Source: an uncultured archaeon
Lineage (GTDB): Archaea > Micrarchaeota > Micrarchaeia > Micrarchaeales > CABMGC01
Direction of reading: 5' to 3'
Assembly (NCBI GenBank): GCA_963704435.1
Contig: OY969902.1
Coordinates: 240,001-272,000 of the forward strand
DNA: 32,000 nucleotides
The notes under the pieces were generated by a model. The model made no database searches. It worked only from the letters and a program-made list of their open reading frames with translations, and had not been told where the DNA came from. The position numbers and the translations under genes are program-made. Position 1 is the stretch's first letter, and every line of letters begins with the position of its first letter. Below, in pieces: positions 1 through 7,208 of the stretch.

Positions 1-90
1 GCCGAAGAGCTCCCTCCATTTCTTCATCGCGCTGCCAGGGCTGTCGGACATCGCTATCTCTCCCGCTATCCTTTCCTGCAGGTTCTCCAT
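1..90 (-). CDS. First 30 codons of a gene that runs off the left edge (MENLQERIAGEIAMSDSPGSAMKKWRELFG...); possibly an HTH-type regulator
   Basis: The reverse complement of 1-90 begins with ATG (90-88) and stays open to the window edge. A TTAATAAG box at 115-122, about 25-30 nt upstream, fits an archaeal TATA box for a near-leaderless mRNA. The functional guess rests only on resemblance of KWRELFG to the start of archaeal XRE/CBS-type regulators. Confidence 0.3.
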   Translation of the reverse strand, partial: MENLQERIAGEIAMSDSPGSAMKKWRELFG

Positions 91-234
91 GGAACCAATA
101 TTGCAGCGGGAGGTTTAATAAGATATCTGACGAACTGCCATACGGCAGTTCCGGCGCATACCTTCCTCTATCGGCGCATGCCCAAATGGCCCGTCCCGGC
201 ACTACAAATTTTGGTATGAATGCTATAAAAAATC

Positions 235-513
235 ATGCGTCGACAGTATCAGGTTGGTGATGGCGTGGCGATGGGCCTGTACGAGTGCAAAAGATATTCG
301 GATAGGGCGTTCAATGAGCCCGACGAGATTGTGGAATCTGTGGACACCGGGGAGCATGAGGAGCGGATGGGCGCGCTGCTGATATGGGCGGGCAGCGTCG
401 AAGAAGCGAAGGAGATGTTCAGGGCGTACGAGGGCGGCGGGGCCCCGTGCGAGATAGTCCTGATAAGGCTCGGCGCGGAAAGCAGGATCATATACGACAA
501 CGATGTCAGATGA
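235..513 (+). CDS. Hypothetical small acidic protein (92 aa)
   Basis: ORF in the track with host-like GC. No motif recognised. An alternative start at Met13 (271) is possible because the TATAAAAA box at about 223-230 lies too close to the ATG at 235. Confidence 0.4.
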   Translation: MRRQYQVGDGVAMGLYECKRYSDRAFNEPDEIVESVDTGEHEERMGALLIWAGSVEEAKEMFRAYEGGGAPCEIVLIRLGAESRIIYDNDVR

Positions 514-516
514 GAC

Positions 517-1227
517 CTAGCCGGAATCCTTCCTCTTCGCCTTCGGCTTGGCCTTCTGCCTCTTCTCCAGCTCGGCGTACTCCTTCTTCGCGGCCTCGTC
601 CGCCTTCGTGACGGCCTGCTCCCTCGCCGCTCCGTCCTTGGGCTTCAGGAAGAGCGAGACGATCGCTATTATTATCCCGGAGATCATCAGCAGGACGGAC
701 GCGCCGCCGAGGATGACCGAGATGTAGGTCGAGCTGAGCTGCGACTGGGTGACGCTGAGGTAGCTGACCGCGACCTGGCTCGGCCCGCTAGCGCTGGCGC
801 CGAACAGGGCGTAGTAGTCGCCCCCGGACAGCATGGTCGAGTTAGCGAGGTAGGGGACCTGCGACGAAGAGAACGGGAAGGTGCCCTTGGTGATGTTGCT
901 ATATATGGCGTAGACTCCGTTTCCCTCCAGGCCCGCTGCCGCGGTCCCGGCGCCCTTGCCGGACGCGCTCGCCGCGCTTATCGCGCTGAACGCGCTCTGG
1001 TTCGCGAAATAGAAGTTCACGCTGCTGGTGGCGTTGTACGAGAGGATGACCATGCCCGACTGGTTGAGGAATATCCTGACATAGCTCAGGGGAGACCCCG
1101 CCCCGAGCGAGACGGTGTTGGTGACCGGGACCACTCCCGCAGGTATGGCCGTCTGCACGGCGACCAGGGCGAGAACCAGTCCGACGACGAATACGATAAG
1201 GCCTATGTAGAGCAGCTTCTTCCTCAT
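517..1227 (-). CDS. Membrane-anchored surface protein: N-terminal and C-terminal TM helices, several N-x-S/T sequons, Lys-rich tail
   Basis: N-terminal hydrophobic segment LLYIGLIVFVVGLVLALVAV. C-terminal segment VILGGASVLLMISGIIIAIVSLF followed by KPKAKRK. Sequons NQS, NAT, NQS, NIT and NST are present. Confidence 0.6.
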   Translation of the reverse strand: MRKKLLYIGLIVFVVGLVLALVAVQTAIPAGVVPVTNTVSLGAGSPLSYVRIFLNQSGMVILSYNATSSVNFYFANQSAFSAISAASASGKGAGTAAAGLEGNGVYAIYSNITKGTFPFSSSQVPYLANSTMLSGGDYYALFGASASGPSQVAVSYLSVTQSQLSSTYISVILGGASVLLMISGIIIAIVSLFLKPKDGAAREQAVTKADEAAKKEYAELEKRQKAKPKAKRKDSG

Positions 1228-1255
1228 GCCATCGCATAATCTTGCATATGCGAAT

Positions 1256-1263
1256 ATTTAAAT
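1256..1263. promoter_or_regulatory. Palindromic TATA-like box ATTTAAAT in a 66-bp divergent intergenic region
   Basis: ATTTAAAT lies 27-30 nt from the minus-strand ATG (1227) and about 31 nt from the plus-strand TTG (1294). This spacing fits archaeal TATA boxes for short-leader transcripts in both directions. Confidence 0.3.
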
Positions 1264-1293
1264 TGTGATGAGTCATTATAACGCTGTGATCGC

Positions 1294-2022
1294 TTGACCA
1301 ACTACATCAAAACGGGCGTGACGGGCCTCGACGCCATGCTGTACGGCGGCATACCGGAGAAGAACCAGGTGCTGCTGGCAGGGGGGCCTGGCACGGGCAA
1401 GACCCTGCTGTCGTTCGAGTACCTGTACAGGAACGCCAAGGCGGGCAATACGTCGCTCTTCTTCGCGCTCGAGGAGGACCCGAAGAGGATCGTCGACAAC
1501 TTCAAGTCGGCATTCACCGAGCTGAAGGACGTGGACAGCCTGCTGAACAGCAAGAAGCTGATAATAGACGGCCAGGACCCGTCGCTGCTGCTGCACGCGG
1601 GCGCGGGCGAGTCGTCGCCGTACGAGTTCGGGAAGGTCATAGCCGACATGGAGTCGCTCGTGGTGTCCACCGGAGCGACCAGGGTCGTCGTGGACTCGCT
1701 CTCGGTGCTCGAGATGCTGATAAGCGAGCCCTCGATATACAGGAAGTCGATGCTCGCGCTGTCGAACAACCTCAGGAGGCTGGGTGTGACCTCGATACTC
1801 ACGAGCGAGATGCCGACGCCTGAGAGGGACAAGCTGGAGTTCAGGACGGAGTTCTTCATCTTCGACGGCATAATGATACTTTACGAGACCGGCGAGGAGG
1901 CGAGGAGGATAACCGCGATGGAGATCATAAAGATGCGGGGCTCCAAGCACAGCTTCGTCACCACGCCTTACGAGATAACGCCCAACGGCTTCAACGTGAT
2001 AGCCGCGGAAGGGATGGTCTAG
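1294..2022 (+). CDS. Single-domain KaiC/RadA-like (RecA-superfamily) ATPase
   Basis: TGVTGLDAMLYGGIPEKNQVLLAGGPGTGKTLLSFEYL matches the KaiC-family N-terminus and Walker A motif. VVVDSLS is a Walker B-like strand. The C-terminal MEIIKMRGSKHS...YEITPNGF is typical of KaiC-like proteins. TTG start. Confidence 0.8.
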   Translation: MTNYIKTGVTGLDAMLYGGIPEKNQVLLAGGPGTGKTLLSFEYLYRNAKAGNTSLFFALEEDPKRIVDNFKSAFTELKDVDSLLNSKKLIIDGQDPSLLLHAGAGESSPYEFGKVIADMESLVVSTGATRVVVDSLSVLEMLISEPSIYRKSMLALSNNLRRLGVTSILTSEMPTPERDKLEFRTEFFIFDGIMILYETGEEARRITAMEIIKMRGSKHSFVTTPYEITPNGFNVIAAEGMV

Positions 2023-2034
2023 CGACGATATGAT

Positions 2035-3093
2035 TTGATGGATTCGGGCGAAGGCAGGGCCGGGGAGGCCGTCACGCCGGACAGGATGAAGCTATACGTG
2101 GGAGCCGCGCTCGCGCTCCTGCTCGTAGCCGCCCTTTCGTACCTGCTGGTCCCGAGCGGAAGCGGGATCGGCGCGTGCGGCCGACTCCTCCTGCAGAACA
2201 GCAGGTACTCCTGCACCGAGGCCTACGCGGTCTCCGCGCTGAACGCCAGCGCGTGCGCAGGCATGCCGAGCGCGTATTCCGACCCGTGCTACCTGCAGAT
2301 CGCGCAGGCCAGGAACGACAGCTCGCTGTGCGCGAAGCTGAGCAGCCCTGCGGAGTCCTACTCCTGCGCCGAGGGGATATACGTCGCGAAGGGCGACTAT
2401 TCCGCGTGCGGCGGAATCGGCCAGCCGTATTCGGGCATGTGCAGGGAGGCGATAGCCGAGAAGCTCGGCAACCAGTCGATGTGCGGCGGCATAGGCAACG
2501 AGACCGACACCGACGTCTGCGTCTCGGAGATCGGGATAAGCGGGATGCTGAGCTCGGGGAACGTGTCGCGCTGCGCCGGAGTGGCCGGAGTCGACGACAA
2601 TAACATCACCGGCCAGGTGATATCGAACTTCAGCTACTCGTCAGGGGGCGCCTACGCGAACCTGACGGTCGGGCTGGAGGCGCTGGCGCTGGTGCCGAAC
2701 TCCTACTTCAGCGCGAGGGACTTCTGCTATGCCCTTGCAGCGTCGCGCCTGTCCGAGGAGGCGCTCTGCCTGAACATCGGAGACAGCAACGCCAGGGCCA
2801 TATGCGACTCGAACGCGGGGTTGCGGGCTACGGCCAACACGACGTTCAACTACACGCAATCGCTCGCTGACTGCGCGGAGATGCCCGGGTCTGAGGCGCA
2901 GGTGTGCGAACAGGCGACCGCGCTCGAGCAGGCGGTAGTGACCAGGAACGCCAGCCTGTGCGGAACGCTCAACGGCGTCTTCTACACCGGCTGCTACTCC
3001 GCCCTCGCAAAGGCTTACCAGAATTCCAGCTACTGCGGATACATCACGAACGCCACCGATAGGGTCTCGTGCGAGGGCAACGCGTCGAGTTGA
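2035..3093 (+). CDS. Membrane-anchored Cys-rich repeat protein (about 9 units of C-x12-14-C-x2-hydrophobic)
   Basis: N-terminal TM segment LYVGAALALLLVAALSYLLV. It is followed by repeats such as SCTEAYAVSALNASACAGM, PCYLQIAQARNDSSLCAKL, SCAEGIYVAKGDYSACGGI, MCREAIAEKLGNQSMCGGI and GCYSALAKAYQNSSYCGYI. Many N-x-S/T sequons. Confidence 0.6.
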   Translation: MMDSGEGRAGEAVTPDRMKLYVGAALALLLVAALSYLLVPSGSGIGACGRLLLQNSRYSCTEAYAVSALNASACAGMPSAYSDPCYLQIAQARNDSSLCAKLSSPAESYSCAEGIYVAKGDYSACGGIGQPYSGMCREAIAEKLGNQSMCGGIGNETDTDVCVSEIGISGMLSSGNVSRCAGVAGVDDNNITGQVISNFSYSSGGAYANLTVGLEALALVPNSYFSARDFCYALAASRLSEEALCLNIGDSNARAICDSNAGLRATANTTFNYTQSLADCAEMPGSEAQVCEQATALEQAVVTRNASLCGTLNGVFYTGCYSALAKAYQNSSYCGYITNATDRVSCEGNASS

Positions 3094-3097
3094 TGGA

Positions 3098-4525
3098 TTG
3101 GCGAAGGAAATCAAGGGAATCGTCACCTGCATAAGGCACCGCGCGGGCCTTTCGGGCGACGACTACTTCATCGTGGCGGAGGAGGGCGGGGCGCTATCTA
3201 CGCTGCCGCTGAAGAGCGGGACGCTACTGAACATCGGAGAGTTCATGAAATTCTCAGTCGAGGAGGGAGCTGTGAAAGGCGCATGGCCAGCCGAGGACGG
3301 GAAGGACCTCGCAAGGATACGCGCCATAATAGACGAGCGGGAGGAGGACCTGCGCTCCGACAGGTACCGGACAGGGATCGACGAGGTTGACGGGATCACG
3401 TCGCGCATGTGGGAGCCGCTCTCCAGGGCCGCTTCCCTGCTGCTGCGGAAGCTGGCGGTCGCGGCCCCGATCACGGTCAGGTTCCACAACGACATCGACG
3501 GGGCATGCGGGGCCTTCTGCCTGAACAAGGCGATGGCGGATGCCGTCTCCAAGACGGGTAAGGACGGCTACTCGCCCAACATCCACTGGCGGATGCACGG
3601 CGGGGTGTCGTACGGAAGGATAGAGGCGACGAGCGACACGCTCGTGATGAACAACTACGAGTGCATCGAGAAGCCGCTGCTCGTGATACTAGACTTCGGG
3701 ACCGCGAAGGAGAGCAACCCGGGCGTGGATCTCGTCAGGGACAGGTTCGACATCATATGGCTGGACCACCATCCGATGGTCGACGGGTTCCAGGGAAGGG
3801 AGCTCAGCCACTACGTCAATCCGTGGCTCTTCGGCGGCGACTCCAACTACACGGCGGGGTTCCTGACGTGCGCATTCTCGAAGACGTTCGCGGACGTGGA
3901 TTCGCGCGACATAGAGAACGCGTCGTTCATCGGGGACTACAGCACATACGCGCGCCCTGATGAGGGAAGCAGGAGGCTGGCCGCGCTGCTCGACCTGATA
4001 ACGAGCGACACGAAGCTGGTGAACGGATCCGGGGGCGACAGCCTAGACCCGGCGCAGATAGAGGCGATGCTGAACGACGGGAAGAGGAGCGCTGACCTCA
4101 TCGCGTTCGCGGAGAACAGGGTCGCAGAGATGCTCGACACCGCACTGCGCTCCGTGAAAGTCTACAGCGGGAGCGAGGCGAAGATATACGTCGCGGACTT
4201 CGAGACCTTGAGGGGTGAGGAGGGGCACAGGTATCCGCTTCCTGGAAGGTTCGCATCGAAGCTGCTTGACAGGATAGAGGAGCTGAACACGGCCCCGTGC
4301 ATACTCCTGCTGCACTTCAAGTCATTCATATCGATAAGGATGAGCAAGCGGCTATCGGACAGCGTGGGCCTGCTGGAGGTGCTCGCGAAGGTGGGGGAGG
4401 AGCATCCTGACGACGTCGACTCGAGCGGCGGGCACAGCAACGCCGCGAGCATAAAGCTGAGGGGTGATTCGAGCAAGAAGGAGATAATAAAGGCGGTCGT
4501 CGACAAGCTCAAGGAGAGGGCGTAG
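3098..4525 (+). CDS. DHH/DHHA1 family phosphoesterase, archaeal RecJ/GAN-like
   Basis: DHH motifs are present: HNDIDGACGAF (motif I), LVILDFG (II), IIWLDHHPM (III) and the DHHA1 motif SSGGHSNAAS. TTG start; the nearby ATG at 3093 is out of frame. Confidence 0.8.
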   Translation: MAKEIKGIVTCIRHRAGLSGDDYFIVAEEGGALSTLPLKSGTLLNIGEFMKFSVEEGAVKGAWPAEDGKDLARIRAIIDEREEDLRSDRYRTGIDEVDGITSRMWEPLSRAASLLLRKLAVAAPITVRFHNDIDGACGAFCLNKAMADAVSKTGKDGYSPNIHWRMHGGVSYGRIEATSDTLVMNNYECIEKPLLVILDFGTAKESNPGVDLVRDRFDIIWLDHHPMVDGFQGRELSHYVNPWLFGGDSNYTAGFLTCAFSKTFADVDSRDIENASFIGDYSTYARPDEGSRRLAALLDLITSDTKLVNGSGGDSLDPAQIEAMLNDGKRSADLIAFAENRVAEMLDTALRSVKVYSGSEAKIYVADFETLRGEEGHRYPLPGRFASKLLDRIEELNTAPCILLLHFKSFISIRMSKRLSDSVGLLEVLAKVGEEHPDDVDSSGGHSNAASIKLRGDSSKKEIIKAVVDKLKERA

Positions 4526-4548
4526 AAGCCTGGTACCCGGACATAGCG

Positions 4549-4734
4549 AAGGTGCTGACTAAGTACTACGGCTATGCCGCGAAGAGCAGGAAGGGCAGCC
4601 ATGTTTAGATGGCTGACGCATCGGGTCACAGGGTCACAATCCTTGCGACAAACGAGCAAGTGAACAGGCATAACTACCAATCGATACTGAGGCAAACAGG
4701 TCTTTCTAAGGCAGACATAGAAAAATACCTCTGA
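4549..4734 (+). pseudogene. hicA: HicA-like toxin remnant interrupted by an in-frame TAG, with no ATG start
   Basis: One frame reads KVLTKYYGYAAKSRKGSHV*MADASGHRVTILATNEQVNRHNYQSILRQTGLSKADIEKYL*. This matches the HicA/YcfA pattern (L.k.G...vr.kGSH...h.....vt.p.h...l..gt..sIlkq.Gls..ef). TAG is at 4606-4608. There is no ATG upstream in frame, and the frame runs into the preceding gene. Confidence 0.6.
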
Positions 4735-4776
4735 GGCATCTTATCTCATGCTGAATAGCGAAACCTGCCTTGCGGA

Positions 4777-5370
4777 CTACGCCTTGCCCAGCTCGGGATG
4801 CTCCGCCTCGAACTCCGCCTGCCATTCGCGGAACTCCGCGAGCTTCTTCTTCTCGGCGGCGCCCATTTTCTTCTCGTACTTCGCCTTCATCCCCCTCTCC
4901 CACTCCTCGAGCGTGAATCCGTAAGGCGGCCTCTCTCGTATCGTCTTCGGGCTGTAGTAGCGACCGTAGACCTCTCTGTAGTAGTCGATCTCCCTCGACT
5001 CCGCCTTCGCGGCGTCGGCGTGCACGCCCTCGTTAGCGAGGAAATCCACGATGCCCTTCAGGCTTATCTTCTCGTTCCTGTTCGCGGCGTCCTCTGGATT
5101 GTACAGCACCCGTATGGTCCGTCCTTCGAAATCGACGGACGCCATGAGCACCGGCTCCATCAGGATCAGCCGGTACTGCAGCCTCGCCGCGCGCTCCGCA
5201 TCCTTGAGCCCGTCCCCGCTCGCGTTCTTGAAGACGACCTCCCTCACCTTCTTGTACGGGACCATGTACTTCCCGCCGTTGTCCTCGATGTACTCGCTGC
5301 TCGCGCTCAGTTCTGCGCCGCTGTTCTTGGCGTAGAAGCTTCTGTAATCCCTCTCGCGCTTGTCCATCAA
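4777..5370 (-). CDS. Hypothetical protein (197 aa), co-transcribed downstream of the radical SAM gene
   Basis: It starts 6 nt after the stop of the upstream minus-strand gene. Host-like composition. No family recognised. The C-terminus is charged and helical (KKMGAAEKKKLAEFREWQAEFEAEHPE). Confidence 0.55.
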   Translation of the reverse strand: MMDKRERDYRSFYAKNSGAELSASSEYIEDNGGKYMVPYKKVREVVFKNASGDGLKDAERAARLQYRLILMEPVLMASVDFEGRTIRVLYNPEDAANRNEKISLKGIVDFLANEGVHADAAKAESREIDYYREVYGRYYSPKTIRERPPYGFTLEEWERGMKAKYEKKMGAAEKKKLAEFREWQAEFEAEHPELGKA

Positions 5371-5376
5371 ATTCCC

Positions 5377-7140
5377 CTATGCGTCATTCCCCGCTTGTGC
5401 AGGCCGCGAATTCACGGGCAGAGAGAACAGGTCTACGATGCTGCCGTAGGTCCGCTTGTACTCCTCCCTCGACTCAAGCTCCTGCACGTCTCTCCTGTAC
5501 TTGTCGGCCGCGTAGCTCCATCCAGGATGCAGCGCCGCCCACTCCTTGCTCGGTATCGCGTAAGCCCTCTGCACCTTGTCCCTGTACAGCTCGGGCATTA
5601 CGTTGAACGTGCAGAACGGCACGGTCCTCCCGTCCGGGAGCGTGTAATGGACCTCGCACTTCTCGACCCTCTTTATGTCATAGTTGTACTCGTCCTGGAA
5701 ATGCATCATGCCGAGGAACAGAGTCTTCATCTGCAGGTCGGCCATGCTCTTGAAGTCGTGCTTGGTCAGTATGCCGGTGAGCAGCTTCGCGAAGTTCACC
5801 GACTTGGGCTGCTTTTCCTTGTCTATGAACTTGAGCGCGCCCGCGAGGGTCTTGGCCGCGATGAGCTTGCGCTCTATCATGCTCTTGCCCTCCATCTCGC
5901 CTGTCGCATTCTGGAGGTGTTCGACCAGCCCCGCGGCGTCGACGAACCTGGTTATCGGTATCACCCTGTTGTCGCTGTCGAGGAACAGGTAGGTGCCCGC
6001 ACCGCACGCGAAGTGCGTGGACAGGTCGTACTTGTACTCCCCGGTGAGCGCCTCGAGGAACTTGTTTATCCCGCCCGTGTACGGCACCGAGAACCAGTCC
6101 TCCCTCGCGACCACGCCATGGGTCTGCTCCTCTATGAGCTTTATCGCGCCGGGGATCGTTATCCTCTGCCTCTCCCTCTGGCCGGTCGGCATCCTCCCGA
6201 CCAGCGATACCGGCTGGAAGTTGATCGCCCTCACGATGTCGAGGTTGTTGAGCGCGAAGTTCACCATCGCGCCGAGCTCGTTGTCGTTCGACGTCCTTAT
6301 CACGGTCGGAGTCAGCACGATCCCTATCCCCGCCTTCCTTGCCGCGCTGAGTATGAGCGGTATCTCCCAGTGGTTCTTCGGGTTCGCCCTCTTGCTCACT
6401 CCGTCGAAGCTCATGTATAGCGTGCTGACCCCCTCGTGCCTCAGCCGCACCATGAGGTCCGGGTCGAAGCCGAGCCGTATCGCGGTTGTGTTCAGCTGTA
6501 TCTGGTCGAAGCCCGCCTCCTTCGCCTTCCTCACTATCTCGGGCAGGTCGGCCCTCATGGTCGGCTCCCCGCCGGTGAGCTGTATCGCGTTGGAGGCCAC
6601 GGGCTTCTGCGCCCTGAGCTTCCTGAACATGCGGTCCAGCTCGTCGAGCGTGGGCTCATATATCGGCTCGTTGCGCTGATCCATGGTGCCGAAGAAGCAG
6701 TAGCTGCAGGAGAGGTGGCAGCGGTTCGTCACCACGACGTTTATCAGGCCGCTGTGCGACTTGTGCCTCTCGCATATGCCGCAGTCGAACGGGCAGTTCT
6801 TGCCCTCGTTGACGTAATCGGGATTGTCGAGCCCCCTTCCGTCATAGTTGTACTTCTTCATCTTCGCGTACATGTCATAGTCCTCCCAGTACTTCTCGAC
6901 GGTCAGGCCGTGCTCCGGGCAGCGCTTCCTTATCATGACGAAGTCCCCGTCGCGGTACAGAATACCGTCGATGATCAGCTTGCACTCCGGGCAGATCGTC
7001 TTCGTCCTGTCGACGACGGGCATCCGCTCCATCTCCTCGGCGGTCCTGTAGTAGGGCGCGGTAAGAGGATCGTGCGCCTCACTGCCGCTCGCATGCACGT
7101 GCGCATCCGTGGATTTGGCATCGCCATGGCCGGAAATCAT
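5377..7140 (-). CDS. Radical SAM enzyme of the MJ0619 / tetraether lipid synthase (Tes, GDGT-MAS)-like family
   Basis: N-terminal zinc ribbon (CPECKLIIDGILYRDGDFVMIRKRCPEHG), then CPFDCGICERH, then the radical SAM motif NRCHLSCSYCFF (CxxxCxxC). The C-terminus reads CEVHYTLPDGRTVPFCTFN. The radical SAM assignment is firm. The Tes-family assignment comes from remembered family architecture. Confidence 0.7.
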   Translation of the reverse strand: MISGHGDAKSTDAHVHASGSEAHDPLTAPYYRTAEEMERMPVVDRTKTICPECKLIIDGILYRDGDFVMIRKRCPEHGLTVEKYWEDYDMYAKMKKYNYDGRGLDNPDYVNEGKNCPFDCGICERHKSHSGLINVVVTNRCHLSCSYCFFGTMDQRNEPIYEPTLDELDRMFRKLRAQKPVASNAIQLTGGEPTMRADLPEIVRKAKEAGFDQIQLNTTAIRLGFDPDLMVRLRHEGVSTLYMSFDGVSKRANPKNHWEIPLILSAARKAGIGIVLTPTVIRTSNDNELGAMVNFALNNLDIVRAINFQPVSLVGRMPTGQRERQRITIPGAIKLIEEQTHGVVAREDWFSVPYTGGINKFLEALTGEYKYDLSTHFACGAGTYLFLDSDNRVIPITRFVDAAGLVEHLQNATGEMEGKSMIERKLIAAKTLAGALKFIDKEKQPKSVNFAKLLTGILTKHDFKSMADLQMKTLFLGMMHFQDEYNYDIKRVEKCEVHYTLPDGRTVPFCTFNVMPELYRDKVQRAYAIPSKEWAALHPGWSYAADKYRRDVQELESREEYKRTYGSIVDLFSLPVNSRPAQAGNDA

Positions 7141-7208
7141 ACCTGCACCTACGACATAAAAATGATATTATTACTGAGTTATGAAAAACTGTTATTTATA
7201 CCTGAGGG

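Noticed and set aside
2175-2603. 142-aa alternative-frame ORF inside the Cys-rich protein gene, and similar Arg-rich ORFs at 384-611, 3661-3960, 14678-15061 and 18429-19466.
   Set aside because: They are out-of-frame overlaps with better-supported genes, and their Arg/Gly/Pro-rich composition is typical of off-frame translation of GC-rich coding DNA.
4606-4608. Possibility that the in-frame TAG in the hicA-like frame is decoded (for example as pyrrolysine).
   Set aside because: Several confident genes in this window terminate with TAG, for example the KaiC-like gene at 2020-2022 and the DHH gene at 4523-4525. TAG therefore functions as a stop here. The frame also lacks a start codon, which is consistent with decay.
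4798-6420. 540-aa plus-strand ORF, together with other long antisense ORFs such as 1276-1950, 6436-7287, 9049-9873, 18517-19953 and 22152-22724.
   Set aside because: They lie antisense to, or out of frame with, genes carrying clear family motifs (radical SAM, KaiC-like, GlyRS, and so on). Their translations are Arg/Leu/Pro/His-rich low-complexity sequence. This is the usual shadow-ORF artefact of stop-codon-poor high-GC DNA.
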